Part shown: in pieces, positions 12,743 through 25,617 of the stretch | How positions within the stretch are numbered: position 1 is the first letter of the stretch | Layout of the letters: each line of letters starts with the position of its first letter | Source: Somniosus microcephalus | Lineage: Eukaryota | Direction of reading: 5' to 3' | DNA: 64,000 nucleotides | Assembly (NCBI GenBank): GCA_052327205.1 | Contig: CM126210.1 | Location: 98,084,001 to 98,148,000, forward strand | Made by a program: the position numbers and the translations under genes | The notes under the pieces: generated by a model | What the model was told of the DNA's origin: nothing | What the model saw: the letters and a program-made list of their open reading frames with translations, nothing else | Databases searched by the model: none

Positions 12743-15650
12743 CTAATCACCCTTGTGCATTCCCTTAGTGCCTGTCTTCCATGTGCCTTTGCCTGTCCTA
12801 GTGCTCCTACGCAGTGCTACCCCAGTGGCTGCAGCATGGCTGGTGGAAGGCTGCTGACTTTTAATGGGGGTGACTGCAGATGGGCCTAGAAGGCCCGGCT
12901 TTGGACTGCACCATCTCGGCATGGGCAGCAGCAGTCTGAGCTGGCTGGCTGACAGGAAACAACAAAGACACTGGCGGAGTGACAGGGGTGGGGGAACGAA
13001 TGCAGTCATCCTGAGAGAGGACAGCAGGTTCATGCTCCACGGAGCCACTGCCACTCCCTTGGGCCGGTGCCTCAGCAATCCTAATAATTTGTTGGAGTGC
13101 TGTGACACCCTACAAGCCCCTTTGAATACTGGTACCTGCAGCCATGGTGGCTGCAATCTTAGTTTGCATGAGAGCAGTTTGAACTTGCATGGCAGAAAGC
13201 TGACCTTGCATGATGGACGTCTGAACTTCCACTGCAGCACTCAGACATTGGGTGGCTTCTGCTTGTGCTACAATGGAAGCTGAGACATCGGCCATCAGAT
13301 GCTGCACCATGGTTGGTTCCACAAATGTGCTAATGGAATTGCCCACCACTTCCATCCTGGAAATCATGGGCTCCAAGCTCTGTGCAAAGCCCTGTTGGTG
13401 CCGGATTCCTCCATGCTCCTTGACATTTCACGCAGGCTTTCTGGCAGGCCTACCAATGCACCAAGCACTTCATTGTGCATACCCATCAGCCTTCTTCTAT
13501 AGCCTGCCCCATCGAAGTACTCATCTGAGTTCTCTGCAGCAAAACTCCTGTGCAACCTTGCCCTCCAGGGAGCTGGCACCTACGCTACCCTTGTCCCCTG
13601 CTCCAGCTGCAGGCCACTTGTGCTCGGTGTCTCACCATGTGCAGATCCCGCCTCAAAGCCATCCTCTAAATTATGTGCTGTGTCAGTACCTGAGCTGGTG
13701 GCTGTGAGTGTGAAATCGAGTGGCAGTGTTTCTTCCTCATCATTGTCTTCCTGCTCTTCCACCACTACCTGGCCTGGTTGCAGTTCTTGGGTCTCTGAAA
13801 TAAGAAAGGCACAAGGGTAGTGTTGTGGTAAGGGTAGGGGAGGAAGCAAGAGGTGCAGGCTTACACCATCTGCAGCTCATGAATCAGAAAAAAGATTGTG
13901 GGATGAGGGGAAAGTGGGATGTGAGAAGAAGGATTAGGTATGAAGATACCCTTATCTTTGATGGTTTCAGCCGTGCCGCTGGCTACGGCCTCAGCGATGG
14001 CCGCTTCAATGATGGCGACCACCCCTCCTCCATCAGGGTAAGGACATGCAGCCATGCCTGTCCCCGCTGGTTAGCTCCTGCTGCCTTCGGTTATGTGCAA
14101 ACTTGCCCTGCAAGAGAGAGGGAAGTGTGTCAGTGACTGTGGTGCAATCTGTTTGGGTGATGTGGCGGTCATGGTTGAATAGCTGGCAGTGTGTGCAAGC
14201 TGTGAGATGTGGGTGTGAGGCTTGCAGCAGTGCTAAGTGTGTGAGGGTGAGGTGAAGCTATGAATCTGAGGTATGAGGCTTGGTTGATAGAGATTGTTGG
14301 TAGGTGAGTGATGGTAGGTGAGTGATGGTGGTGTGGTCCATTGAGCAACGCATGAAGCTAATGGTGCAGTTGGTGGGCTATGGCATTTGAAGATGAATTT
14401 ACTGACCTTGACTCATAAGAACATAAGGAACAGGAGCAGGAGTAGGCCAATCAACCCCTCGAGCCTGCTCCGCCATTCAATAGGATCACGGCTGATCCAG
14501 TCTTGGCCTCAACACCACTTTCCCGCTCTCTCCCCATAACCCTTGACTCCCTTGTAGTTTAAATGTCTGTCAATCTCCGCCTTGAATATATTCAATGACT
14601 CCGCCTCCACAGGTCACTGGGGTAGAGAATTCCAAAGATTCACGACCCTCTGAGAGAAGAAATTCCTCCTTATTTCCATTTTAAATGGACGACCCCTTAT
14701 CATGAAATTATGCCCCCTAGTTCTAGATTTCCCCCGAGGGGAAAAATCCTCCCTGCATCTACCCTGTCAAGCCCCCTAAGAATCTTATATGTTTCAATAA
14801 GATCACCTCTCATTCGTCTAAACTCCAGTGAGTATAGACCCAACCTGCTCAACCTTTCATCATATGTCAACCCCTTCATCCCAGGAATCAACCTAGTGAA
14901 CCTTCTCTGCACTGCCTCCAATGCAAGTATATCCTTCCTTAAGTATGGCGACCAAAACTGTACGCAATACTCCAGGTGCGGTCTCACCAATACCCTGTAA
15001 AGTTGCATCAAAACTTCCCTACCTTTATACTCCATACCCCTTGCCATAAAGGCCAACATTCCATTAGCCTTCCTAATTACTTGCTGTATCTGCATGCTAA
15101 CTTTTTGTGTTTCATGTCCTAGGACCCCCAGACCCCTTTGTACCGCAGCATTTTGTAGTCTCACTCCATTTAAATAATAATTTGCTTTTTCATTCTTCCT
15201 TCCAAAGTGGATAACTTCACATTTTCCCACATTATACTCCATCTGCCAAATTTTTGCCCACTCACTTAACCTATCTATATCCCTTTGCAGAATCTTTGTG
15301 TCCTCCTCACAACTTGCTTTCCCACCTATCTTTGTATCATCAGCAAATTTGGCTACAGTACACTCGGGCCCTTCATCCAAGTCATTAATATAGACTCTTC
15401 ATGTGAGGTCATTGAACTTCTTGCAGCACTGCATCCAGGTCATCGGGGCTTGCCTCCTGGCATTGACCACCATTTCTATCTGCTCCCAGTGCCTTTGCAG
15501 AGTTTGCCTGGAGGGCCTACTGCCCCCCTATGGATAGAGGACCACTCTCCTCCTCTCCACTTCCTCCACCAAGGCCTCCAATGCAGCAACAGTGAACCTT
15601 GGAGCACGCTCTCTCTAACCTGTTGCACCATAAATCACTGTTCTTCATGC
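12743..15650 (-). pseudogene. Harbinger Myb/SANT-like gene remnant (copy B)
   Basis: Peptides homologous to copy A (GYRRRLMGMHNEVLGAL, EPMISRMEVV, WKTGTKGMH); first exon split by the CR1 insertion. Confidence 0.8.
14415..15393 (-). mobile_element. 5'-truncated CR1 LINE nested in Harbinger copy B
   Basis: ORF 14700-15380 with KFADDTK, VRPHLEYCVQFWSP; CR1 3' UTR and ttcttat tail at 14415; ACTC on both sides (14411-14414, 15394-15397). Confidence 0.93.
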
Positions 15651-16223
15651 TGAGACTTGCTTCCACAAACACCTCCAGCACCTTCTCCAGCCAGAATGCA
15701 TCTCCCCTTGAAGAGGTGCAGGCTAGCTTGAAGTAGTGCAGGCTAGCTTTAAGTGGTTCTAGTCTCGCACAAACTTGGGCCCCCTGCTGAGGCATGTAGC
15801 ACGTTTAGCGCTGGCTGCACACAGCAATCATACAAATTAGTAGGTGGCCCATCGTTGCTGTGCTGCCTGCATTGGAAGCAACGGGCATGGGTTAATCGCA
15901 CATCACAATCCCTGCATCCACTTTCGGGGGCTATCGAATTTTTTCCCAACTGTCTTCAAATAACACTGATAATATTAGATGTTGTTAGTGAATTACTTAA
16001 TAACCTGAATTCAGTTGATAGATCACTAGAACTTTGGTCATACAGTTCATTTGAACTGCTTGATTGGAATACTGCCTTGAGGTGTATCAATACCAATCCA
16101 GTATCTTCCATGTAGACCCCAAAACAATTGTATCATCTGCACACTTCTTCTAATTATGTAAATCATTTGTATATGTTTCTGTGATTCCCTGTTAGAGTCT
16201 TAGTTAGACAAAACAGGGACAGC

Positions 16224-16330
16224 AAATTAAGATTAGTTTGATCCAAAGGTATGCTGTTTGTGGGACCTTGATGTAGGTAAATTAAGATTAGTTTGATCCA
16301 AAGGTATGCTGTTTGTGGGACCTTGCTGTA
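16224..16330 (+). repeat. 55-bp direct tandem duplication
   Basis: AAATTAAGATTAGTTTGATCCAAAGGTATGCTGTTTGTGGGACCTTG occurs at 16224 and 16279. Confidence 0.9.
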
Positions 16331-16460
16331 CATAAAATGTCTGACGTGCTTCCTACATTAAAACAATGTCTACACTTCAAAAGTACTTAATTGGTTGTAA
16401 AGCGCTTTGGGACGTCCTGAGGTCATGAAAGTCACTATATAAATGCAAGTCTTTCATTTC
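16305..16460 (+). mobile_element. Deu-domain SINE 3' fragment
   Basis: Matches the 3' part of 19148-19617 (tgtgggaccttgctgt...gcgctttgggacgtcctgagg...tatataaatgcaagtcttt). Confidence 0.8.
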
Positions 16461-17010
16461 CTGTATGTGATATTTTTTTAATCCTTGAGTATAAAAGGAG
16501 AATTGCAGTCCAGCAAGGGCTATCTATCACTGGTTTATTGCTTCATTTGTGTTATGTAAATACAATACAACAGGCAGCAAATTCAAAATACTGAACTAAG
16601 TTTATGGCACTTAGCCTCAGCCTAATAAAAGAAAGAGAGAGCTCTGATCCCAGGGCTATATTTTTTTCAATTGAATTCACTTTGCCTCCACGTAAACACT
16701 TGATACAGCATTGAGTCAGAGAGAACTTGATTCAGTTTGGCTTGATGTTATTGGCAACAGTTACACAAAGTGCAAAATAACTACTATCAGCTCTTTCAAC
16801 CTGCTTTATTTCACATGGCCTGTTTGCATGGACCAAAGCCAAATTGAAAATGGTTTTATTGAGTGGAATCCAATTCCACAGGGCTTTTAGATTGAAATTC
16901 AATCCAAAATCATTTAACTTTGATCAATGCCTAATTCATGCTTTAATCTGAATTTTTAATAGCATCTATTGAAATGGGCATCTATTCCTCCTTTAATATG
17001 TATCTAAGTA

Positions 17011-17352
17011 CAGGAAACTTTGGTTTATCCGGAAGTTGTATGTCCGGAAACCTCAATCTAACGGCAGAAATCAGCAGCCGTTTTGTTAGGTTTTTTTTCT
17101 TTTTTTCTCCTCCTAGCATTTTTTTAAACAGTCAGTCTCTGGAAAGCCTCTCTGAAGCTGTTGCTAAGCTACAGAGACGCTTCCAAGGTATGGGCTGACT
17201 GTTTACAAGCTGTTGCTAAGCAACAGTGTTTGTTGTCAGATACGGAGATGAAAACCTCCGTATCCTTCAACATTAGCGCTGGTCTGTCCGGAAGTTTTCA
17301 TAGATCGGCATCACGCCGGTCCCGTCGGTGCTGGATATTGCGAAGTTTCCTG
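17011..17352. mobile_element. Tc1/mariner-superfamily (Tigger/pogo-like) MITE, 342 bp
   Basis: TIR CAGGAAACTT / AAGTTTCCTG with further imperfect extension; TA on both flanks. Confidence 0.75.
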
Positions 17353-17372
17353 TATCAGCATGTAAATCCTTA

Positions 17373-19031
17373 GGCTGCGAATTTCCCAGCAGAGACGGGA
17401 TGGTGGCAGGAGAGCTGGTTTCCGGGTTCCAGTCACGAACCTGGCTGCAGTCGCTCTGTAAACGGGATTTTCCCTTAATTGGCCTTGTTAAGCCCGCCCT
17501 GCCGGCTTCCCAGCCAATTAACAGGAAGTGGGTCTGATGACGTAATGTGATGACGCGTCATCAGCCGGTTTCCTTAAAAGGACCGCATCCACGTTGAGTT
17601 TGACAGTTGTTCTGTCAGTGTTTGACAGCATTGAGGTGCTGCAAACAATGACAAGCACTGCACAAAGGTGAACGCTTGCACCCAGGCTCTTCAATGACTC
17701 CCTCCATATGTTTATGGAGGGAGTCACAGCACACAGGGAGGTTCTCTTCCCTTCCAAGGGCGGAAGAGACCTCCCCAGGACACCAGTGCAGCCTGTTTGC
17801 ACATTGCACAGGAGAGCAAAAGCAGAGATGTCATCAGGGGTCCCTGGCTGCAGTGGCGCCAACCTTTCAATGATCATGAAACGTTACTGCAAAGCCACAC
17901 TCAAACTCACCCTGCTGTACCACTCAACGCATCCCCATCACTCTGCCTTCCCTACCCTTCTCCTGCACATCCTTACTCACACCAACTTACCTTGCACCTC
18001 CACCCAACCCTCTCTATCTACATTATCACTTCCCCATCTCACTAGCCACCCCTCACACTCCCCCTCATCCTACTGTGAGCATACCGACTAACAACACACA
18101 AGGGTAGGCACTTGAGAGGTTTAGCCAATGTCCATGTGAAGCTTCTGGTAATGTGTTGTCATACAGTGAAATCTATTTTTCCAAAACTGCCCCTTATTGG
18201 ACAGATCTGAGTGCACCTTGAGAAGTGTCTTACTGAGTTCCAGTGAATGTTCAGACAGAACTCCCCCCACCCCCTCCCGGCTATAGTGATGAGTGTGCAT
18301 GGAATGGCTTGGACATTAAAGGGATGCTTCACGGTGCTGGTGTGGAATGGTGTCAACCTGGTGCATCATGTGGCAGCCAGTGTCAAGTGAAGTAAATCTG
18401 GCCATGATGATGCTATCGCTGGCCTCCCGGACAGCAATGTTGTCAGGGGCTGATGCCCTGTGTCCAGTGCAGCATCAGGTGATGGCGGAGAAAGTTGGCG
18501 ATGTTGTTGGTGTGCCTGGTGATGTTGGTGTTGGGGCTCTCCCAAAAGGTTCTCCCAATGAGGTGGCACTGGACATACAGTTGGATCGAAAAGCTTGTAA
18601 GCTAAAGAAATCTCTATATGTATTAAAAATGCGGTAACCAACATTTTCTGTGCTCTGAAACTCACCATCTGCAACATGGCATCCTTTACTCCACTTCTGC
18701 AGCTGTCAGCTTATCAGAAACATCAGAGCAGACTCAAATCACACCAGGGTGAGCTGGTGTGTTCCCTGAGCAGCAGGTAACCCATGGCGGAGCAAGTAAA
18801 ATTGGAAGCCTCAAAATAGTATTAAATTGACTCTTAACAAGCCATTTAATTAGCTCAATTTTCTCCCCTGCCGCTTGGTGTCGGGTCAGTTCTGCGCTGA
18901 CAGACCCGACACCTGGGAGACTCGCGTGGAGGCGGGTTGACAGCGGGTTTCCCACCCGCTGTCAATCTTTGCTACTTTGACAGCGGACGCGCCTCCAAAC
19001 CCGCCCTCTGAGTGCCAGCAAATTTGCAGCC
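17373..19031 (+). mobile_element. Non-autonomous Harbinger deletion derivative, 1659 bp
   Basis: TIR GGCTGCGAATTT / AAATTTGCAGCC; TTA TSD (17370-17372, 19032-19034); Myb/SANT remnant (MEGVTAHREVLFP) near 17710. Confidence 0.85.
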
Positions 19032-19147
19032 TTAGAATCCAAAAGATTATTTTTTCACTCATTCTGGCTGCTGTTTTCTTTTTAATTGGCTAATTAACCT
19101 ATCACTTTTTCTCAGTTAGGATCAGTCATTGGACCCTTTTCTGGCTA

Positions 19148-19617
19148 GTGTCAACCATGGCTCAGTTGGTAGCATCCTTGCCTCTGACTCAGAAGGTTGT
19201 GGGTTTATATCCCACACCAGAGACTTGAGCATAATAAATCTAAGCTGACACTCCAGTGCAGTACTGAGGGAGTACTGAACTGTCGGAGGTGCCATCTTTT
19301 GGATGAGACATTAAACCGAGACCCTGTCTGCTCTCTCGGATGGACATAAAAGATCCCATGGCACTATTTCAAAGATGAGCAGGGGAGTTATCCCCGGTTT
19401 CCTGGCCAATATTCATCCCTCAGTCAACATCACTAAAAACAGATTATCTGATCATTATCACATTGCTTTTTGTGGGAGCTTGCTGTGCACAAATTGGCTG
19501 TTGCGTTTCCTACATTACAACAGCGACTGCGCTTCAAATGTACTTCATTGGCTGTAAAGTGCTTTGGGACATTTGTGGTCATGAAAGATGCTATATAAAT
19601 GTAAGTCTTTCTTTTTC
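19148..19617 (+). mobile_element. tRNA-derived Deu-domain SINE (SacSINE1/AmnSINE1-like), full length
   Basis: Box A-like TGGCTCAGTTGG, degenerate box B, central cctggccaatatt motif, 3' ctatataaatgtaagtcttt tail; several related copies in the window. Family name from memory. Confidence 0.8.
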
Positions 19618-20116
19618 TATTGTAAATGGATGTTACAGCTTTCACAGACCTGGACGAGTAGGATGATGAATCTACTTTATACAAAGCTGTGGCCCCTATA
19701 ACGTCTGAATGGTGTGATATCTTTGAATGTTACAAGGTGCACCATGTGACCAGTTTGCACACCACTGCTATTATTTTTATTCAAATTTCACTAAAAAAGA
19801 GCAAAAATAATTAACTAGGATAAAAGATGCCATTGCAAAACATATATCTAAATATATACTAAAATATATTTAAAAAATAAGTGGTGAAAATGGATTGATC
19901 CTAATCATTTTGTTACTCATGTATTCCTCTGCAATATCTTGCATCAATGTAGTTCTTCTATTTCTTACTTTTTTATTTAAACAACTGTTTTCCACATTAA
20001 CAACTAAAATTACTTTTGCATCATCTGTGGGATAATGAATGGTCTGTCTGGATTATCTCACTCATGACCTTACGGATTAGTCCTGTAGCTATGTCCACTT
20101 CTTGTTATGTCACATT

Positions 20117-21747
20117 GGGCTGTAATTTGCGACACCTGCGGGTGGTAACGAGGTGCGCATGCGCCCATAGGGGCCGCACAAGTTCTGGGTTTAGGCATGC
20201 GATGCACATGCGCTAAAATCTGGAACTTGCGATCTTCTTGACAGCTCCTCCACATCCCCGGGAGAGGAGCCTCTGCGAATGGAGAGTTGCGCTATTTGCC
20301 CAACTTCCGCCCGCTGAATGCCCGTGAAATTCTAACGCCTGGTAAAAGCAGGCATAGGGCCTGCTTTTACCAGCATAAGAGTTTTAAAAAATAGAAAAAT
20401 AACTTTTTATCCCTCATTTCTACATTAAAAACCCTGTCCAATAAGGTAAGTTTATTTTTAGCCCTGTTAAAACATATAGGGGAAAATCTTCGGTTGCTTT
20501 GCGCCTCCCGTTAATGCCCTAAGAGGCCGCTAATGGGGCACAAAGCAACTAGCGCCCGAGCGTGGCAATGTTTGCGCCGCTCGCGAAATTGACCAGATAT
20601 TTTGCGGTGGCGCTAAACACTACTGCCACGATCTCCTGCGCCGGCAGATCGTGACGTCAGTCGAGCGTGCAATGCCCCGGTAGCTCCCCGGACCAGATAT
20701 TGAGTAGCGCCCCTTGCCTTATCGCCTGCTGCTAGCAGCGACAGGATGAGGGAAGCGTTTTGCAGTCGGGAAGGGACTGGGGGGGCGCTATTTAAAGGCA
20801 ACCGCTTCCTGCCTTTTTTTGTCAGCGACATTTTTGCACCAGGCATCCTGAGAGAGAGAGAGAGAAGACTGCTGGAGAGCTTCAATGCTGTGTGAAGGAG
20901 TTTTGGGTACTGAGCAGCACTTTGCAGGTTCATTTTGATTTGACCTTCCTTGCATCGATTTAGAAGAGACTATGGGGACTGCACTCTCAGCTCTTTCCCT
21001 GGGCCTCTCCATTGTTCTTTCCAGCAGATGTACAGATCTCTCCAAGCCGAGATTCAAGGCTGCAATGAGCAGGTGTGGATGGAGAGAAAGATCGACCCTC
21101 CCCTTTAAGAACTGGCCGGCGCCAGTGTGTCTGTGTTCTATTGCTGACTGACATCACATGAGCTTTGCCAGCGCTCTGAGGTAGCGCCTCGCTCCTCGGC
21201 ATTAGCACCTTAAGAGAGGTGTGTAGCGCCTGATTTAGCACTCCAATCACCTCCAGGGGCAGTAGAAGCCAAATTTGCAGTTGGAGGTGATAATTAGCGC
21301 CAGGCGCTAAACTTTGCGCCCGGCTGATAAATGCGCCCCAAACGGGGCGATACCGAATTTTTCCCCCATAATTTTTTTTTTCAAAACATTAAATTTTTGT
21401 TTAAAATATTTAATTAAATGGCATTTTAATTAATTTTAAATTTATTTCATGTGTTTGTGTATTTTGTAAGTGATCCCCATTCGTACTTATAGGAGTTCTG
21501 TACGTACGGAACTCCCATAAGTATGAAAGGGGATTCACTTCTTTTATTGGTTGGGCCGGTCCATGTGATCCAAGGGTGCTTCCAAACCGCCTGCACCCCT
21601 GAGATACCTGGGCCTCTGCCCGTGCATACCCGGATAGGCCCAGGATCGCAAGCTTCCATATCTCCCGGGCCACCAGGTAAATGCATAGATATTTTACAGG
21701 TCGGAGGCATCCGCCCGCAGGAAGCCTCCAATCGCAAATGTTGGGCC
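20117..21747. mobile_element. Non-autonomous Harbinger-like element hosting a nested insertion
   Basis: Imperfect TIR GGGCTGTAATTTGCGA / TCGCAAATGTTGGGCC; flanks ATT / ATC; CpG-rich arms with AT-rich middle. Confidence 0.55.
20479..21366. mobile_element. Non-autonomous Harbinger-type element, 888 bp (nested)
   Basis: TIR GGGGAAAATCTTCGGT / ACCGAATTTTTCCCC; ATA TSD (20476-20478, 21367-21369); many TAGCGCC-like subterminal motifs. Confidence 0.8.
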
Positions 21748-23120
21748 ATCATAACCATTGGCTGTTTGATCTGGATACATTTCCAGTGAAACAGGGGATG
21801 TAATTTAAAATATTTTGGTGCAGGGGTGAATCAAACGGCATCTGCCATTAGTTAGACTTTCCCTTGCATGTGTAGGTTTTTACATTTTTTGTGTGGCAAG
21901 TTGCTGAAAGTGCGAGCTGATAAAGTCGCAGTGAGGGAAACTGGGACCTGAGTGAACAGGGAAAGCAACTGTATCTCCTTAATCAATCAGATTGAAGGAT
22001 TGTGTAATTAACTGTGGGTGAATTCAATGCCAAATCAGGTACAGAAAGAGAAATGAAGCAAGGAAAATAAAGATTGAATTAAGAGAGAAAGAAAAAAGAG
22101 ACAGAAAGGAAAAGTTAAAAAAATTGTTTCAATTTGAAATGTTTTAAATCTCCAACAATTAAAACCTGAAAGAATGAGACTCCACCCTTGTAATAGTTAT
22201 TTTTAAGTGCCGGAGAGGTTGTTTTGCAGTAATTAACACGAATGATGTCATTAAAAGAGTACTTAGAGTGGAATGGATAAGATTTAACTTTCAGTAGCGA
22301 GTTTAGTTCGTATCTACCAAGCAAATACAACAACTTCACGACATTCAATGCATTTCAATGGTGAGGCAGACAGCAAGATGTGGTTTTCGCGAAGCTAACA
22401 GCGGAGTGGAACAACTCGGACAGCAACTTTTGGGTGTTTGAGTTTAACCGTGCCTCTGCCCCTTGCCTGAATTTACTGTACCATTTACGCAAAAATAATG
22501 GTGAGTGCCATTAGCCTCGCCAATACTTTAACAGTAAAATCTGGGCCATTATTGTATATTCTAGCCCTGTAGCTTACCATTAATCAATTATTATCACACT
22601 TTGATTACCTCGTTAATTTTTTTTTTTAGTGCTGATAACACCATGTGACACTGTGACACCCACAGCAGCAGCAGCAAAAGTCTCAGAATAGAATAAAATC
22701 ACTTTACGAACCTGGTGTCTTTTTTAAAATAAAAGGTAAAGGATATTTGGTAGTGATCTTAAGACTATTTCATGGAGCTAGTTTAAAAGTGAACTTTGCA
22801 AATGATTATAAAAAAAGAAAAGAACATCCTGAGCCTCACCTTAGTCAGAGCAATAAATTCCTGCTTCAGTTTCCATTAGTAGAGGAGATTGAGAGAACAT
22901 GATTGGTGACGTATTAATGACATCTTACTACAATCCTGTCAGTTACAAAAGCTCCATTGGAAAACATTCTTTCACAGTGAATATAGCATCTGCTGCAGGA
23001 ACCAACCTGTTTGTGTGACAGCAAAGTTTTCAGAATAGTTATTTTTAAAAGAGAACTTGCCAAAAACTTCCCATTGATGTAATAAATGCTGTTTCAGGCA
23101 CCAGACACTAATTAACTTCA

Positions 23121-23560
23121 TGGGGAGCGATGGCTCAGTGGCTTAGTACACTGCCGTATCTCTGCTACCTAAATTAAAACCCAGTCTAGATAAGTGGAAC
23201 ATATGCTTATCCCCTCGGATGACCATAAGGGCCCTTTATGAAATAAGATTTGGTACTCTGAGTTCAGTTTACTGGGTATGCAACCATGACATACATTGAT
23301 GAGTGCTATTTACCACTAAAATAACAATCTTAGTTACAAGATTGTGTGGAGAAATAAAAAGTCATAGCAGTGCAATAGGGGTACTCTTCTGCAATTGGGT
23401 TTAAGGCACATTGTCACACAGTGGAAAGAATTTCACCTGCTATACCTGATGTTGGAATGCTTGATGCTATCATTGGGTACTAAAACTGGGAAACAATGTT
23501 TCATTCCTCAGTTTTGACATGTCTCACCTTGATGAGTAGAAAACTAACTAAATAAATTTG
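23121..23560 (+). mobile_element. Old tRNA-headed SINE-like repeat
   Basis: Box A-like TGGCTCAGTGG head; weak resemblance to 31285-31600. Boundaries approximate. Confidence 0.35.
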
Positions 23561-24406
23561 ACAAACAATGTTATTACAAAAAGAAATCTATTTTAAAAAA
23601 AAACCTGGCTTTATGAGTTATGCTCAATAATACTAAACACTTAGTTGAAGATCATGAGGTTATGATTTTACCAATAAAGTTTGTGGATTTCGGCGCCATA
23701 CACTCAACCAACAACAACTTAGTGAAGGCCACTGTGTATAATACATAGTGCACACATTATAACACCAATAAACACGTCAACCATTGGCCCCTGTGTTTAT
23801 TCAGTACACACAAGCTATTTACTGCTTTATACGTGCTGGGATTCCTACATTTATTGCTATTAAACTACAGGTTACACTTTAAGAAGAAACACAAGATATT
23901 TTATACGAGGGAATACAAGCGTAAATAAAGAATAAAACTTGTGTGTGTTGAACTCTTTTGCAGTTTGTTTTTTTTTAAAGTGAGAGATTCTTCATGATAC
24001 ATAAAAGTAATATAACAAGTCACAACCTATAAACAGTGAAGTTAGGAGCAGCTCTGAGGAAATTCCCAACCAAAATGTACCTGATGATCAGAAATCTCAT
24101 TGCGTTTATACCAATTTACAAATTTTGATAAATTATTTGTCAGCCAAAATGTTGAGTTGTTTTTGTGGTTCTTTAATATATTTACTTAATTTTCTTATAC
24201 AGTACTAGAGAATGGCTTAATCACTAATTTAGCTACTACTCAGTAAACAGTGCTTTGAATTTATCAATAAGGATTAGCTGTGTGTATTCATGAGCAACGT
24301 CTTGCCACTCCACCTGAAATTCCCCGAGACCCTAATTGATTAAAGAATTTTTTTTAGTAAGTCTTTAGCTCCAACTGAAGCCACTCAATGCTCGAGAAGG
24401 CTCTTG

Positions 24407-24650
24407 GGGGGGAAACATTCAATTGATTTGCGCCTCCCATTAGCGTCCTAAGAGGCAAGGCGCTGCGGTATGTAGCTCCACAATATCCACTCTCAGCACC
24501 CCTAGAGGGAGGCGGGGCACTTCCAGTAGCGCCCCACCTCCCTTTTGGGGTGCTACCAGTGAATTTTGGGCACAGGGGCACTAACTTTTTGGGGGCGCTA
24601 AAAGTAGTGAAGTTAATGCCCCAAAAGGGGCGTGACCCAATTTTGTCCCC
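24407..24650. mobile_element. Harbinger-type MITE related to 20479-21366
   Basis: Left end shares TTTGCGCCTCCC..TA..G.CCTAAGAGGC with 20498-20527; right end AATTTTGTCCCC; TTG on both flanks. Confidence 0.7.
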
Positions 24651-25617
24651 TTGAACTATGGGAGCAATTCCCTTATTCTGGTATAAGTTTGGGGCCTTCA
24701 GAAGGTCTCAAAGGGACACACTGATGTGAATTCCCCTGAGGCCTTTCAATTGTGTAAAGGGAGGAATTCTGGGTTAGCTCGGGAACTCCCCATGACCTGC
24801 ACCTTTGACCTGGGGGAGTGGGGTGGAAGATCTGGCCGTGGCCCCTTGACTGGAATTTAAAGGACTGGTCTAAATAGCATGACATCCTGGAGGAGCTGGG
24901 TTCTGGCCCATAGTTTGGGTAGGCCCCACTGAACTGAAGTGGGACTTAGGTCCTCTTCCAACCCATGAAATTCAAAGCTTTTAGCGAATCAAACAGGGAG
25001 GTTTAAGGCTGCAGATTGAAGCTACAAAATTGTGAACTGGTCAGTAGAAGCGGAGGAAAACATGTACGTTTTTCACTTAAAAACAGGCAGAAAAAATGTA
25101 ACATGAAGAATGAAATAGAGAACATAGATGGAAATAATATCAAATAGGTTAAAATAGAGAATATTGAAAAAAAGGGAATAGCGTAAACAGGATAATGAAG
25201 GAATAGTAAAGACAGACCAAGTTGAAATAATGTGGAAATTATATTTGCTATTTTTGGCACCTGTGAGTCACACTTATTACCTCTTGTAGTTCACATTATA
25301 AACTGTTTATTGTTTGATAGTTTTTGGATTCTTGCCCATCAGAGCAATTCTTGGTGACCAGGCCATACTTGTGGCAGGTTTGAGATTCCCAAAATCTCTA
25401 CTCATATTATTTATATATCACACTGATCTAATATTACTGATACTGCACCATCGCCAATATCTTAGCCAATTTGTTTCATACCATATGACATTACGAAGCA
25501 ACTGAATGCATTGGACACAGCAAAAGCTAGGGAGAGAGAAATCCATTTTTTAAAATTCAATTAGCACTTTTTTTTAAGTTAACCACATTAAGTAACCTGA
25601 TAAGAATGTAATGCTAC

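Larger units (their letters stand above)
10882..15948 (-). mobile_element. PIF/Harbinger DNA transposon, copy B (inverted relative to copy A, interrupted by CR1)
   Basis: Transposase remnant on +, Myb/SANT gene remnant on -; ACT on both flanks (10879-10881, 15949-15951); both ends align with the ends of copy A. Confidence 0.9.

Noticed and set aside
19155-19230. tRNA gene
   Set aside because: Box B is degenerate, no convincing cloverleaf, and it continues into a SINE body with multiple copies.
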